A stretch of 64,000 nucleotides of DNA, from NCBI RefSeq assembly GCF_006345805.1, contig NC_043015.1, forward strand, positions 49,228,001 through 49,292,000, given 5' to 3'. The stretch's first letter is position 1, and each line of letters starts with the position of its first letter. Under the pieces are notes generated by a model that was not told the DNA's origin, did no database searches, and saw only the letters and a program-made list of their open reading frames with translations. Positions 12,489 through 24,877 of this stretch are shown piece by piece. A program made the position numbers and the translations under genes. Origin of the DNA: Octopus sinensis. Lineage: Eukaryota.

Positions 12489-14512
12489 TGGTCCCACTCC
12501 TGAACTATATGGTCGTTATATTGACGACATTATCGGTGCCACCTCACTCACCCGCGAACATCTAGATTCCTTCCTCTCTTTCGTCCAATCTTTCCATCCA
12601 GCCCTCCACTTCACTTCCACTATCTCCAACACCTCTGTCTCCTTCCTCGACATTTCGGTTAGCATTCTTCACTCCACTCTTACCACCTCCATTCACTACA
12701 AACACACAGACTCACACTCATACCTCAACTTCTCTTCCTCCCACCCAGAACACACCAAGCTTTCCATCCCCTATTCCCAATTCCTCCGTCTACGTAGGCT
12801 CTGTAGTGACGACCATGACTTTGAGACTCAGTCTCAACGTATGGCTCACCACTTCACCCTACGTGGATACCCCCTCACCACTATCCACACCGCCCATGCC
12901 AGAGCACGGTCCGTGGACCGTGTATCTGCTCTCTCTCCCCGAACCCGCCCTGTAGTCTCCCGCCTCCCTTTTCCCCTCACTTACCACCCCACAACCCTAC
13001 GTCTCCAACGCACCATTCTTCGAGCTTTCCGTCATCTCCAGTCCGACCCGTCCACTTCACACCTCTTCCCTAACCGACCCCTCCCCTCTTTCAAACGAGC
13101 CCACACCTTCGAGACCTTTTGGTCCATAGCTCCTTCCCTGACCCTACCTCCCAACCCGGCTCGTTCCCCTGCTCCCGCCCACGTTGCCGCACTTGCCCTT
13201 ACCTCTCCAACACCACCCGCCTCACTAGCACCCACCATCGACCCTATCCCATCATCCACTCCTTCACCTGCACCTCCAGCAATATTATCTATTGCATCTC
13301 TTGCTCTCTCTGCAATTCCTTGTACATCGGACAAACGGGACGCCGCTTGGCTGACCGGTTCGTGGAACACCTTCGTGACATCCACCTTGCGAACGACACA
13401 CCGGTCTCACGCCATTTCCGCTCCACCGGTCACTCCTTGCAACACCTATCTGTGTTCGGTTTGTCCTTACACAGAGGCCATCCGGATTCCCGTTTGCGCC
13501 GTGAACAGGAATTAATCTTCTCTCTTCGCTCTTATACGCCATTTGGTCTCAACTCTCCCCCCCTCCTCATCTAACCCCCCTCTCCTCACCTATCCTTTCT
13601 CCCCCGACCCCTACTTCTTCAGTCCTTCATCCTTCCACCCCTACTCCCCTTCCCTTCTTCCCTCTTTCTCCCTCCCTCTTCCCCTTCCCTCTGCTCCCTC
13701 ACTCCCTCTCTCCCCTTCTCTCTCCCCCTCTCCCTCTTTCCTCCTTCATCCCCCTCCTCCCCTTCCTTCTCCCCCATACTCTCCTCTCCCCTTCTCCCCC
13801 CTCTTCTTCCCCTCCCCCTCTTCTCCTCACTACACCACATGACTTTACACATCACATCACATATGATGTGCCATACTAATACACACACCAACTAATACAT
13901 ACTAATATGTACTAATACTACTAGTACATACTAATACTTACACCAACCCTATACATACACACGTCCAGACCCCGCATACGCACTTATACTCTCTCTCACA
14001 CACACACACACACCTATACATACCAATACGTACTAATACATACTAATACATACTAATACATACACCAACCCCATACATACGCACGTCCAGACCAATCCTA
14101 CGCACTAATACTCTCTCATACACACACACACACACACACACTCTTATACATACTAATACATACACCAACCCTATACATACACACATCCAGACCCCTCCCA
14201 CGCACTATTAGCTGGTCCCTCAACCCTTTTATCAACCCTATTATCTCCCCTTATTTCGCTCTCGCGTCTCATGTTTGATCTTTGACCTCTGGCCGAAATC
14301 AGATCGCCATGTTGATTCGTTAGCTACTGCACGCATTTTTTTCCTTCCTTCTTTCTGTGTTTTTCTCTCTCTGTGTATCTTTCTGTTGAAGAGCGTAGGC
14401 TCGAAACGTTAAAGACTTGTTTTATTTATATTTCCTGAGCGCCATACTAATACAATTGTTCGTTTGTTTTCCACCTGCCTTCGTCTTTTGTTTATTTTCA
14501 TAAAGCTTCCCG
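12489..14512 (+). mobile_element. 5'-truncated Penelope-like retroelement (RT C-terminal half + GIY-YIG endonuclease + pseudo-LTR)
   Basis: Frame reads GRYIDDIIG...FLD...HYKHTD...HPEHTKLSIPYSQFLRLRRLCS. One 1-nt frameshift near 13105 leads into C..PRC..C...NIIYCISC..C..LYIGQTGRRL..RF.EH. Terminal region 14330-14512 carries a hammerhead-like fold. Confidence 0.93.
14378..14415 (+). ncRNA. Hammerhead-like fold in the Penelope pseudo-LTR, variant core CTGTTGA
   Basis: TCTTT-CTGTTGA-A-GAGC(gtag)GCTC-GAAAC-GTT-AAAGA. All three stems are present. Confidence 0.6.
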
Positions 14513-14513
14513 T

Positions 14514-14575
<62 letters not shown>

Positions 14576-15228
14576 CATGCAGGCACTCACACACATTTGC
14601 ACACACACACACGGCCTAAAAGCAAAAAAAAAATATTTCATAATGTTTACATGTAGCAGAATTTTCATGTTTCAATGTTTACATGTACCAGAGTTGATAT
14701 TTTTCAAAGAATTCTTTTGAAACAATATTCCTGATATCTGACAATAGATTCATAAATATAGAACATACAAGAACAACATCAGCAGAATGACAACATAGAT
14801 ATTTTGATGGAATGGCAACACAGTGGCCAGAACATGTTACAACATGAATAAAATTCTTGACCTGCAGAAAAGTAAAACATTTAAGTGAATGAAATCAGAG
14901 CAGCTAATTCATTCAGGAACAACACAGCAGTGGCTAATATCTCTGAAATAAATACTATACCAAAAATTATTTAGGCGTTGGTTTCAACTTTTGGCACAAG
15001 GCCAGCAATTTCAGGAGAGAGGGTAAGTTGATAATTTCGCCCCCAAGGTTCTAGTGGTGCTTATTTTAACGACTCTGAAAGTATGAAATGCAAAAGTTAA
15101 CCTTGGCAGAATTTGAACTCACATTGTAAAGACGGATGAAATGCTGCTAAGCATTTCACTTGGCATGCTAACAATACTGCCAGCTTGCTGCCTAAACAAT
15201 AATAATAATAATAATGATAATAATAATA

Positions 15229-15271
<43 letters not shown>

Positions 15272-15456
15272 TCGTTCGTTTATTGGCCACAAGGGCTAAC
15301 AAAAATCAATTAAAACATAAAGGGACAAAACACAGGACGAAAGTTACAAAGGGTTTTGTCCGTTTGAAAAAAGTCTGTGTACAAAAGCGGGATGACAACG
15401 AAATGTAAGTAACAATTAAAGCTCCCAATAGGGGGAGGCGCTTTGAAAGGTTACTT

Positions 15457-15505
<49 letters not shown>

Positions 15506-15563
15506 GTGGCACATAAAAAGCACCAACCGATCGTGGCTGTTGCTAGCCTCCTCTGGCATGCTA

Positions 15564-15609
15564 CTCCAGACTGATGATGAGCAAAGACTCAGAAACTAGT
15601 CTCTGGGAG
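15564..15609 (+). ncRNA. Minimal type I hammerhead ribozyme with canonical core
   Basis: ctCCAGA-CTGATGA-TGAG(caaaga)CTCA-GAAA-CTA-GTC-TCTGGgag. Stem I CCAGA/TCTGG, palindromic stem III ACTAGT, GUC cleavage triplet. Confidence 0.8.
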
Positions 15610-15771
15610 CAGGTTTAGCTGGGTGGGGGTGCTTATCTCATCCTTACAAACATAAGGACTCAGGAAATGTGTCAAGGCCGACAGGAAGCATTGATGCTTC
15701 CTAGGGCTAAATAGCAGTAATTTGATTCCCTTTATGGGACTGTCACATTAAGTTGACAGTATACAACTACT

Positions 15772-15838
<67 letters not shown>

Positions 15839-16130
15839 CCAGGGATCAAAGTGTAGGAAGAAAGTTAGCTTCAAGCAATCCGTAGTAAATATAAAATAAA
15901 ACTTTCAGGGACAACATTGGTTTATTGAGACAAAAGGTCGTTGATTTTTTACGTATCGAAGTATGATAAACTGAGAAAAAAATCTTTTATAAGGAAGGTG
16001 TAAACCGCAGCCTGCTATTCGTGCCAAGTATATGTTGATGAAATGAAAGTTTACATTGCTACAAGGGCGTACATGTTAACACATGGATGATTCAATCAGA
16101 GCCCGGAAATCTACTCCATAATTCTTGTAT

Positions 16131-16218
<88 letters not shown>

Positions 16219-16221
16219 TAT

Positions 16222-16735
16222 ATGTGGAGGCACAATGGCCCAGTGGTTATGGCAGTGGACTCGCGGTCGTAGGATCGCGGTTTTGATTCCTAGATTGGGC
16301 ATTGTGAGTGTTTATTGAGCGGAAACACCTAAAGCTCCACAAGGCTCCGGCAGGGGATGATGGCAAACCCTACTGTACTCTTTCACCAAAACTTTCTCAC
16401 TCTTTCTTCCTGTTTCTGTTGTACCTGTATTTCAAAGGGCCAGCTTTGTCACACTCTGTGTCATGCTGAATCTCCCCCGAGAACTACATTAAGGGTACAC
16501 GTGTTTGTGAAGTGCTCAGCCACTTGCACGTTAATAAATGAGCTGCGACGTCACTGGTGCCAAGCTGTATCGGCCTTTGCCTTTCCCTTGGATAACATCA
16601 GTGGTGTGGAGAGGAGAGGCCGGTATGCATGGACGACTGCTGGTCTCCCATAAACAACCTTGCCCAGACTTGTGCCTCGGAGGGCAACTTTCTAGGTGCA
16701 ATCCCATGGTCATTCATGATCGAAAGGGGTCACAA
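16222..16735 (+). mobile_element. SINE family C (tRNA-like head ggcccagtggtta...gattcc)
   Basis: A/B-box-like head. Related heads at 30685, 50700-51000 (minus) and 52650. Confidence 0.8.
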
Positions 16736-16786
16736 TATATATATGTATATATACATATATATACACACATATATATATATACACAC

Positions 16787-16823
<37 letters not shown>

Positions 16824-17458
16824 CATACACACACATACACACATATATATAAAATGTAATATATATCAAATCACAACGAATGTAATTTATGAACATTGAA
16901 ATTTCAGAACATTTTAGCATAGAATCTTAAAATATGATGCAAGATTTATTAATAATAGATAAAACAGTTTGTCTAAACATTCAATCGGTTATAAATTATT
17001 GTATTTGCTGTATAATTACTGACGAAATATGCAGTTCTTCCCAAAAAACCCAAGCCTTCAGAAATGTATGTTGATAAAATCAAATTTGTTTTCATTTCAA
17101 AAGTCCAAACATCTCGTGTCTCCAACTGGACTTTATCAAGCCAATCCTTTATTATTTATAAACATTAAGTCCTGTCATTTAAATACTCGTCAAGCTAAGT
17201 CATTTTGTCACTGACAAAATTAGATGAAACTAAGATTCGTGAATTTTTTTTAATCAAATTTTTTATCTTTTACTTGTTGCAATCATTGGACTGTGGCCAG
17301 GCTGGGGCACTGCCCTGAAGGGCTTTAGTCAAATGAATCAACCCAAGGGTTTACCTTTCTTTTTCTCATTAGTCTAGTACTTATTCTATCATACTCTCTT
17401 GTCAAAGTTATGGGGATGTGAACAAACCAACACAGGTTGTGAAGTAGTAGTGGAACAA

Positions 17459-17489
<31 letters not shown>

Positions 17490-17829
17490 CACACACATGA
17501 AGGGTTTCTTTCGGTTTCTATGTACCAAATCCACTCACAAGGTTGTTTTGGTCAGCCCAGGGCTATCATAGAAGACATTTGTCCAAGGTGCTATACAGTG
17601 GGATGGAACCCAGAATCATATGGTTAAGAAGCAAGATTCTTACCACACAGCCACAACTGCACCTAATCTTCCAAAATGTATGCTAAGCCTAAACCCCCAA
17701 ATTCTCCATCAACCATTCCTCAGTTTTCTGGACTTCTACTTTAAACTTAGCATTGATGGGAACTGACCCCTAATTGTCACTTGTTTGCACACTGAATTCC
17801 TCACAGAACTCATAGCTAATTCACTTTGA

Positions 17830-18240
17830 TCATCATCATCATCCTTTGACCAACCGTAGGTTGGTCGGAACTCCATTGACAATCCCTTTCTACACTACAT
17901 GGTCCTGCATTGCTGTGTTCAGATCTCTAATATCCAGCCCTGAGTCCTGAGATATAGTATCTAAAAATATCAGTTTCCTGGAGAAAACACTTCCAGAGGG
18001 ATGACATAACCTCTTTCTCTGCTTAATAACAGCAAATTGTAGTCGTTTCTGCTTTAGCTTGAGGAATATTGGTACCAATTTCCATAGATGTTACTAAATG
18101 TTGGGTGTGACCTCCAACTGATGTTCTGTATCATATACAGAACATACACCAACCTGCCCAGAAAGATACAGAACATCAATAGGTACCCTTGTACAAGGCT
18201 TGTCTGTCCTCCATTAGCCATTCATTGGCAACCCCAGTTT
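17830..18240 (-). mobile_element. Decayed RTE LINE 3' fragment
   Basis: LKQKRLQFA...FLDTISQDSGLDIRDLNTAMQDHVV resembles the RTE ORF2 end. (GAT)n tail. Confidence 0.6.
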
Positions 18241-18713
18241 CTTAATAATAATAATAACTAGCACTATGATCCGGTGTTGCCGGGTCATAGTGCTAGTGCA
18301 TGCATATTCAGCTGTGTACGTGCACACATACATGTGAGTACTGTCCAAATCTCCGACCGATCACATACAGCTAGCTGGCATTCAATTGGCGTATCACGTT
18401 TCGGGCATTTTGATTGGGTTTTGGATAGAAAATTCACAAAAAAGTCACTTCTATTGATTTTTTAATGGCTTTGCTGGGTGACTGGGGAAATGTAAAAATA
18501 AAATAAAAGGGAGAAAACATATGGAATAGAGGGTTGTGGTTGCATTTAATGAAGTCTTTAAGTGTTTGTTTAACCTGATAGAAAAAGCAGTCCAATCTCC
18601 CTCAAATCACACCCAAATGTTTTAAAAAAAAAGGAAGGCTGTATTATTCTAAGGTAATCAGAGATATTATAATAATAATATTCCCTAATATTATTATTAT
18701 ATGTAGATATATG

Positions 18714-18780
<67 letters not shown>

Positions 18781-19348
18781 ATATCTATATATCTATATAT
18801 ATATATATATATGTCGGACTGCAGGGTGTGGTTCCCTGCCAAAGACCTTCTCCAGGTGAAGGAAAGATTAAAAACAATTCACTGGAAAAGAGAAAAATAG
18901 TTTTATTAGTACTTTTCCTATTGATTTCTTATATCAACCTCCTCTGGACGCATTGCGGAATACATTTATAAGTAAACATGATGATGATGATGAGGAGGAG
19001 GAGGAGCAGAAAGAGGATGATAACGAGGGGGAAGATGATGAGGAAGAGGTGGATGAGGAGTGAGAGAAAGATGATAATGTTGATGATGGTGGTGGTTGAG
19101 GCAGTAATGATGATGATGATGATGATGATGGTTATGATAATAAATAATTATAAAGATGAAGATGATAATGATAGCTTAAATACTTTTTTTTTACTGTTGG
19201 AAACCATCAAAAGTAGAATGAATAATGGTAAATATTAAAAAAAATTAGAGGGGAAAAAAACAACAAAAAAAACATGAAAAAGGATGGGGTGGGGATTACG
19301 CAGGTGTAATTAAACAAAAAAAAAAGATGAAATAAATTATAAACTTAC

Positions 19349-19402
19349 TTGTAATCAGGAATACCTGCAGCACCTGACATTTCTAAATGTTGGAAATGGT
19401 CT
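19349..19402 (-). CDS. SLC9A: NHE exon K (54 nt, phase 2-2): (R)DHFQHLEMSGAAGIPDY
   Basis: Poly-T tract plus cacag acceptor, strong CAA|gtaagt donor. Phase matches exon J. Too short to be in the ORF track. Confidence 0.75.
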
Positions 19403-21307
19403 CTGTGAAAAAAAAAAAACGGATCAGAAATATATTTTTAAGGGTTTGATTACATAAAGCAGGAGATTTCTTTTTTTAATTTAAGAAAAAAGTAAGAAAC
19501 AAAAACAAACAACCCCACCCCTCCTCCTCTAAACAAAACAACAAAAAGCAAAAACAGAATGAAAGAATTTCAGTGATGAACTTGCCTGACAAATGATTTG
19601 ATCTCAGACACACATCAGTCATTTGTTGGTTAATACATGCCTTTTACACTGTAATTTGTTTTAATTAATTAGTACTAAAATTTAATTAAAGAACCCTAAG
19701 TCCAAAAAAAATAAAATAAAATAAAAGGGAGAAAATATATGGGATATAGAGTTGTGGTTGCATTTAATAAAGTCTTTAACTGTTTTTTTAACCTGATAGA
19801 AAAAGCAGTCTAATCTCCCTCAATTCTCACCCTAATGTTTTAAAAAAAGGAAGGATGCATTATTCTAAGGTAATCAGAGATATAGCAGCAGCATCGTCTT
19901 CATCATTACCACCACCATGAAAATATAAAATGGTGACAATTTACCCATCCCACCTTGAATACATACATATATATATATAATACAAATAAGAAAATGGAGG
20001 AACAATTGTTCCTCAACTTTCAGATATACTCGACGAAATAGACCCGTGATCAAAGACATTCTAGCCATGAACAACACCCGCTTGACAACCAGTGTTGGTT
20101 TGTTTATGTCCTTGTAAACTAGCGGTTTGGTAGAAGAAAAAAAAGAAAGAAAAAAGACGGACAAAATAAGTACTAAATATTATAAATAAACCCCGGAGTC
20201 GATTTGTTCAACATAACTCACGCATACATATACTTCAATGCAGGGGACATCACTCTTTACATCTCCATCACTTCACCAGATAAGCAAGACTAATCTACCG
20301 TAAATCGCTGACCCGCCTGAATTAGAAACGGCAATTCTTATTATTATTTAAGGCAGTGAGCTGGCAGAATCGTTAGTACGTTCTGAGTTCAAATTCTGCC
20401 GAGGTCGAATTTGCCTTTCATCCTTTTGGGAATCGATAAAATAAGTACCAGTTGAACACTGGGGTTCGATGAAATCGCATCGACTTAAACCCTCCCCTAA
20501 AATTGCTGGCCTTGTGCCAAACTCTAAAGTAATTATTAAGGCGGCGAGCTGACAACAGAGTCTTTAGCACGCTAACTTTTCGTTCTGAGCTCAAATTCCG
20601 CCGACGTCGACTTTGCCTTTCATCTTTACCGTGTCGATGATAAAATAAGGACTGGAGTCGATGTAATCGACTTAGCCCCTTTCCCGAAATTGCGGGCTTC
20701 GATGCCAAAATTTGAAATAATTATAATCAATATTAAGGCGGCGAGCTGTCAACATCTTTAGCGCGTCGGACAAAAGGCTTAGCGGCATTCCGCCCGACTG
20801 TACGTTCTGAGTTCAAATTCTACCGAGGTTGACTTTGCCTTTCAGAATCGATAAAATCATACTGGATTCGATGTAATTGAACAGCCCCCTCATCCAAATT
20901 CCAGGCCTTATGCCTGTAATAGAAAGGATTTTTATTAAATCTATTATTATATTTGCTGAGATGTAAAACAATTTCGTTTTTGTTTTTTGTAGAAGCTCGA
21001 AATTAATTAAAACTTATATTAAATGATATTAAAGAGTATATGTCGAAGCGCGCATGCGGAGCGCTTTAAAATACTAAATATATATTTGGGGCATTTGCAG
21101 CAATTTCTTTGGACAATAATGCAAAATTATTACTTCAAATTTGAATAATAATAACGAAAAAGAATCAGTTTTCAACATTTCGTTCCACCTAGTCGTGAGC
21201 CAACAGTAAATTGGTGAAAACGGCGTAGATATCAAGGGAGGCAACTCTGACATGACCTAAGTGTAAAGGACGTTGAGTATAGAAAATTTGCACCAACACC
21301 ATCTCCA

Positions 21308-21353
<46 letters not shown>

Positions 21354-21406
21354 CATGGCATGATATTTTTCGTTCGTCGTCGTCGTCATTATTATTATTA
21401 TTATCA

Positions 21407-21437
<31 letters not shown>

Positions 21438-21454
21438 CATTATTATTATTATTA

Positions 21455-21489
<35 letters not shown>

Positions 21490-21657
21490 TCACTGCCCGG
21501 AATCTAACTTGGAATCTTGGGAATAGTAGCCTGTGCTCTTAACTTCAAGATTCTGAGTTCGATTCCAGGCAGTGACCCGAATAATAATAATAATAACAAC
21601 AACAACAACATCGAAAAATACCTTAGGAATGAGAACCCAGGTTCGAAATTTCCCCAA

Positions 21658-21703
21658 GACACCTGAAGAAGGCTGGAGGGTATATCAGCCGAAACATTGT
21701 GTT
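21658..21703 (+). ncRNA. Hammerhead-like motif of family E (stem III G to A change)
   Basis: GACAC-CTGAAGA-A-GGCTG..CAGCC-GAAAC-ATT-GTGTT. Confidence 0.55.
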
Positions 21704-22543
21704 AACAACAAACAAGATGAGGACAAATATCCGTCAAAGCCTTGTGAGTGGATTTTGTAGACTGAAACCGAAAGAAGCCTATCATATATATATATATATA
21801 TATAATATATATATATATATTATATATATAATGTTTGTGCGTCTGTGTCTGTCCTGCCACCATTGCTTGACAACTGATGTTGGTGTGTTTATGTCCTCCG
21901 TAATCTAGGGGTTCAGCAAAAGAGACTGATAGAATAATCACTAGACTTACAAAGAATAAGTGCTGGAGTCGATTTGTTCGACTAAAGGCAGTGCTCCAGC
22001 ATGGCCAAAGTCAAATGACTGAAACAAGTAAAAGAATAAAATAATATATATATATATATATATATGAAATATATATTCCTTTATACTTTTTCGATTTTAT
22101 TCGATTTGCTCGACTGAAGGCGATGCTCCAGCATGGCCGCAGTCAAATGACTGAAAGAAATAAAAGAATAAAAGGGTCGAAATTGTAGTTTAGTCCAGAA
22201 GAGTGTTTTCATTAGTGGTTCTGGTGATAGGCAGCCAGCCTGCTGACCACCCCTCCTCCTTTTGCGTCTGGGCTCGGGACCGACAAGTTAGCGCGCCGGG
22301 CGATATGCTTTGCGGTATTTCGTCTGTCGTTACGTTCTGAGTTCAAGTTCCGCTGAGGTTGACTTTGCCTTTCATCCTTTCGGGGTCGATAAATAAAGTA
22401 CCAGTTTCGCACTGGGGTTGATGTAATCGACTTAATCCCTTTGTCTGTCCTTGTTTGTCCCCTCTGTGTTTAGCCTCTTGTGGGCAATAAAAAAATATAA
22501 TTTAGTGAAAAGGGAAAATAGAGCAGACAAAGAAATTTAATAC

Positions 22544-22650
22544 CTCAGCATGATTTCTTGGTAAATCTGAGCAATCTCAGCATCAGCTTTTGTCGGTGCC
22601 CGTTGGAGCCATTTCTTGAAGTAGTGGTCATCGTAATATTCCAGTAATTC
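22544..22650 (-). CDS. SLC9A: NHE exon J (107 nt, phase 0-2): ELLEYYDDHYFKKWLQRAPTKADAEIAQIYQEIML(R)
   Basis: ctattttcag acceptor, GAG|gtatta donor. Open frame; aligns positionally with NHE1 DKLNRFNKKYVKKCL...QLIAFYHKMEMK. Confidence 0.88.
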
Positions 22651-23408
22651 CTGAAAATAGGGCAAAAATGTTCACATATCGGCAGAGAATGAAGATTATA
22701 ACCGAGTTGTGAGAACTCTCATGAACTGATTTCAAATTTTGGCACAAGGCCAGCAAGTTTGAAGGAGGGGGTAAGTTGATTATTTTAGGAAAATAAAAAT
22801 GAGAAATAAGTGGAAATTTTACCGGTGAATGTGTTAAATTATAAGGCACAAAAAGAAAATGACTCTCCCCAGACACAACAGAATATGCTTCAACACACGA
22901 ACTCACATAAAGAATCTTGCAAACCAAATCCAAAAACGAAATACATTGAATGCTAAATTTTAATACAAGCATGAGTTGTCTCCCTTTTTATGGAAGCTTA
23001 TAAACAATATCGAGACATTATTTGGATGTTTCTCAAAGCGGCGAACTGGCAGCGTCGTTTAACATGTCGGGCAAAATGCTTAGCAGCATTTCGTACGTCC
23101 TAACGTTCCGAGTTCAAATTCTGTCGAGGTGGACTTCGCCTCTCATCTTCTCGGAGTCAATAAATGAAATACCAGTTGAGTACCGGGGTCGATGTAATCG
23201 ACTTACGTCCTCCCCGGAAATTGCTGGCCTTGTGTCAAAATATGAAATCAATTTTCTCCTTAAGACCCACATTTCACAGCCCTCCAAGCCCCTTCTCATT
23301 TCTTATGTTACAGACCATGCCTCACTTCTGTACGTTAACACAAGGTAGACGTAGCCGTTCAATATACGGATCTTAGTCTTCATAATCAGAGAACTAAATG
23401 CTTCAGTA

Positions 23409-24877
23409 TTAACTCTTTTGTTACCGTATTTATTTTTACGTTCTGAGTTCAAATTCCGCCGAGGTCAACTTTGCCTTTCATCTTTTCAGGGTCGATTAAA
23501 TAAGTACCAGTTACGCACTGGAGTCAATGTAATCGACTTAATCCCTTTGTCTGTCATTGTTTGTCCCTTCTATGTTTAGCCCCTTGTGGGCAATAAAGAT
23601 ATATATTTTGAGATGCTCTGTGTTCCTTTTAATTAATTTTAAATATAACAAAGAATTTAGTAAAATAACTTAGTTATCATTTAGCTAGTATTAGGAATAT
23701 AAATTCTGAAAAAGGTTTGGTGGAAGATTTTAATTTGGAACTTATGAAAACAAGACATTTGTACTACAGAGCCAGAGGCGGTTTCAGTCAGGTTGGTATC
23801 AAAAGGGTTAAGAATTGTTTCTCTATTATATATTTTAAGAATTGTTTCTATATTATGTATTTTAACCCTTTTGTTACCATATTTCTTTTGAGATGCTCTA
23901 TGTTTCTTTCAATTAATTTTAAATATAACAAAGAATTTAGTAAAATAACTTAGTTATCATTTAGCTAGTATTAGGAATATAAATTCTGAAAAAGGTTTGG
24001 TGGAAGATTTTAATTTGGAACTTATGAAAACAAGACATTTGTACTACAGAGCCAGAGGCGGTTTCAGTCAGGTTGGTATCAAAAGGGTTAAGAATTGTTT
24101 CTCTATTATATATTTTAAGAATTGTTTCTCTATTATGTATTTTAACCCTTTTGTTACCATATTTCTTTTGAGATGCTCTATGTTTCTTTCAATTAATTTT
24201 AAATATAACAAAGAATTTAGTAAAATAACTTAGTTATCATTAGGCTAGTGCTAGGAACATAAATTGTGACTAAGATTTGCTGGAAGATTTTAATTCCGAA
24301 CTTATGAAAACAAGACATTTGTACTACAGAGTCAGAGCCAGTTTCAGCCAGGGTGGTATCGAATGGGTTAAGAATTGTTTCTCTATTATATATTTTAACT
24401 CTTTTGTTACCATGTTTCTGCTGAGATGCTCTGTGTTTCTTTCAATTAATTTTAAATATAACAAAGAATTTAGTAAAATAACTTAGTTATCATTCAGCTA
24501 GTGTTAGGAACATAAATTGTGACTAAGGTTTGGTGGAAGATTTTAATTCAAAACTTATGCAAACATGACATTTATGTTACAGAGCCAGAGGCGGTTTCAG
24601 TCAGGTTGGTATCAAAAGGGTTAAGAATTGTTTCTCTATTATGTACTTTAACTCTTTTGTTACCATATTTCTGTTGAGATGCTCTGTGTTTCTTTCAATT
24701 AATTTTAACTATAACAAAGAATTTAGTAAAATAACTTAGTTATCATTAAGCTGGTGTTAGGAACATAAATTGTGACTAAGGTTTGGTGGAAGATTTTAAT
24801 ACAAAACTTATAAAAACATGACATTTGTGTTACAGAGCCAGAGGCGGTTTCAGCAGGGTTGGTATCGAAAGGGTTAA
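23409..24877. repeat. Tandem array of five piggyBac-type (TTAA) MITEs of about 230 bp; first copy interrupted by a SINE fragment
   Basis: Each unit runs TTAA-ccctttt gttacc ... ggtatcgaaaggg-TTAA. Period about 250-280 bp including the spacer gaattgtttctctattat. Confidence 0.85.

Noticed and set aside
13032-13385. GC-rich minus-strand ORFs and the Pro/Ser-rich ORF at 13543-13842
   Set aside because: Antisense shadows of the Penelope coding region and its low-complexity CT-rich 3' region.
14690-14862. Acceptor-like ttttctgcag followed by about 57 open codons on the minus strand
   Set aside because: The open frame needs a phase-0 start, incompatible with exon K (phase 2). The phase-2 frame stops after 7 codons.
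18810-18885. Strong-looking minus-strand acceptor (tttttctcttttccag) with matching phase after exon K
   Set aside because: No convincing donor before the (TA)n tract and no recognisable homology. It could be a cryptic site.
20305-20330. gacccgcctgaatta resembling the 5' end of 28S rRNA
   Set aside because: Short imperfect match with no flanking rRNA sequence.
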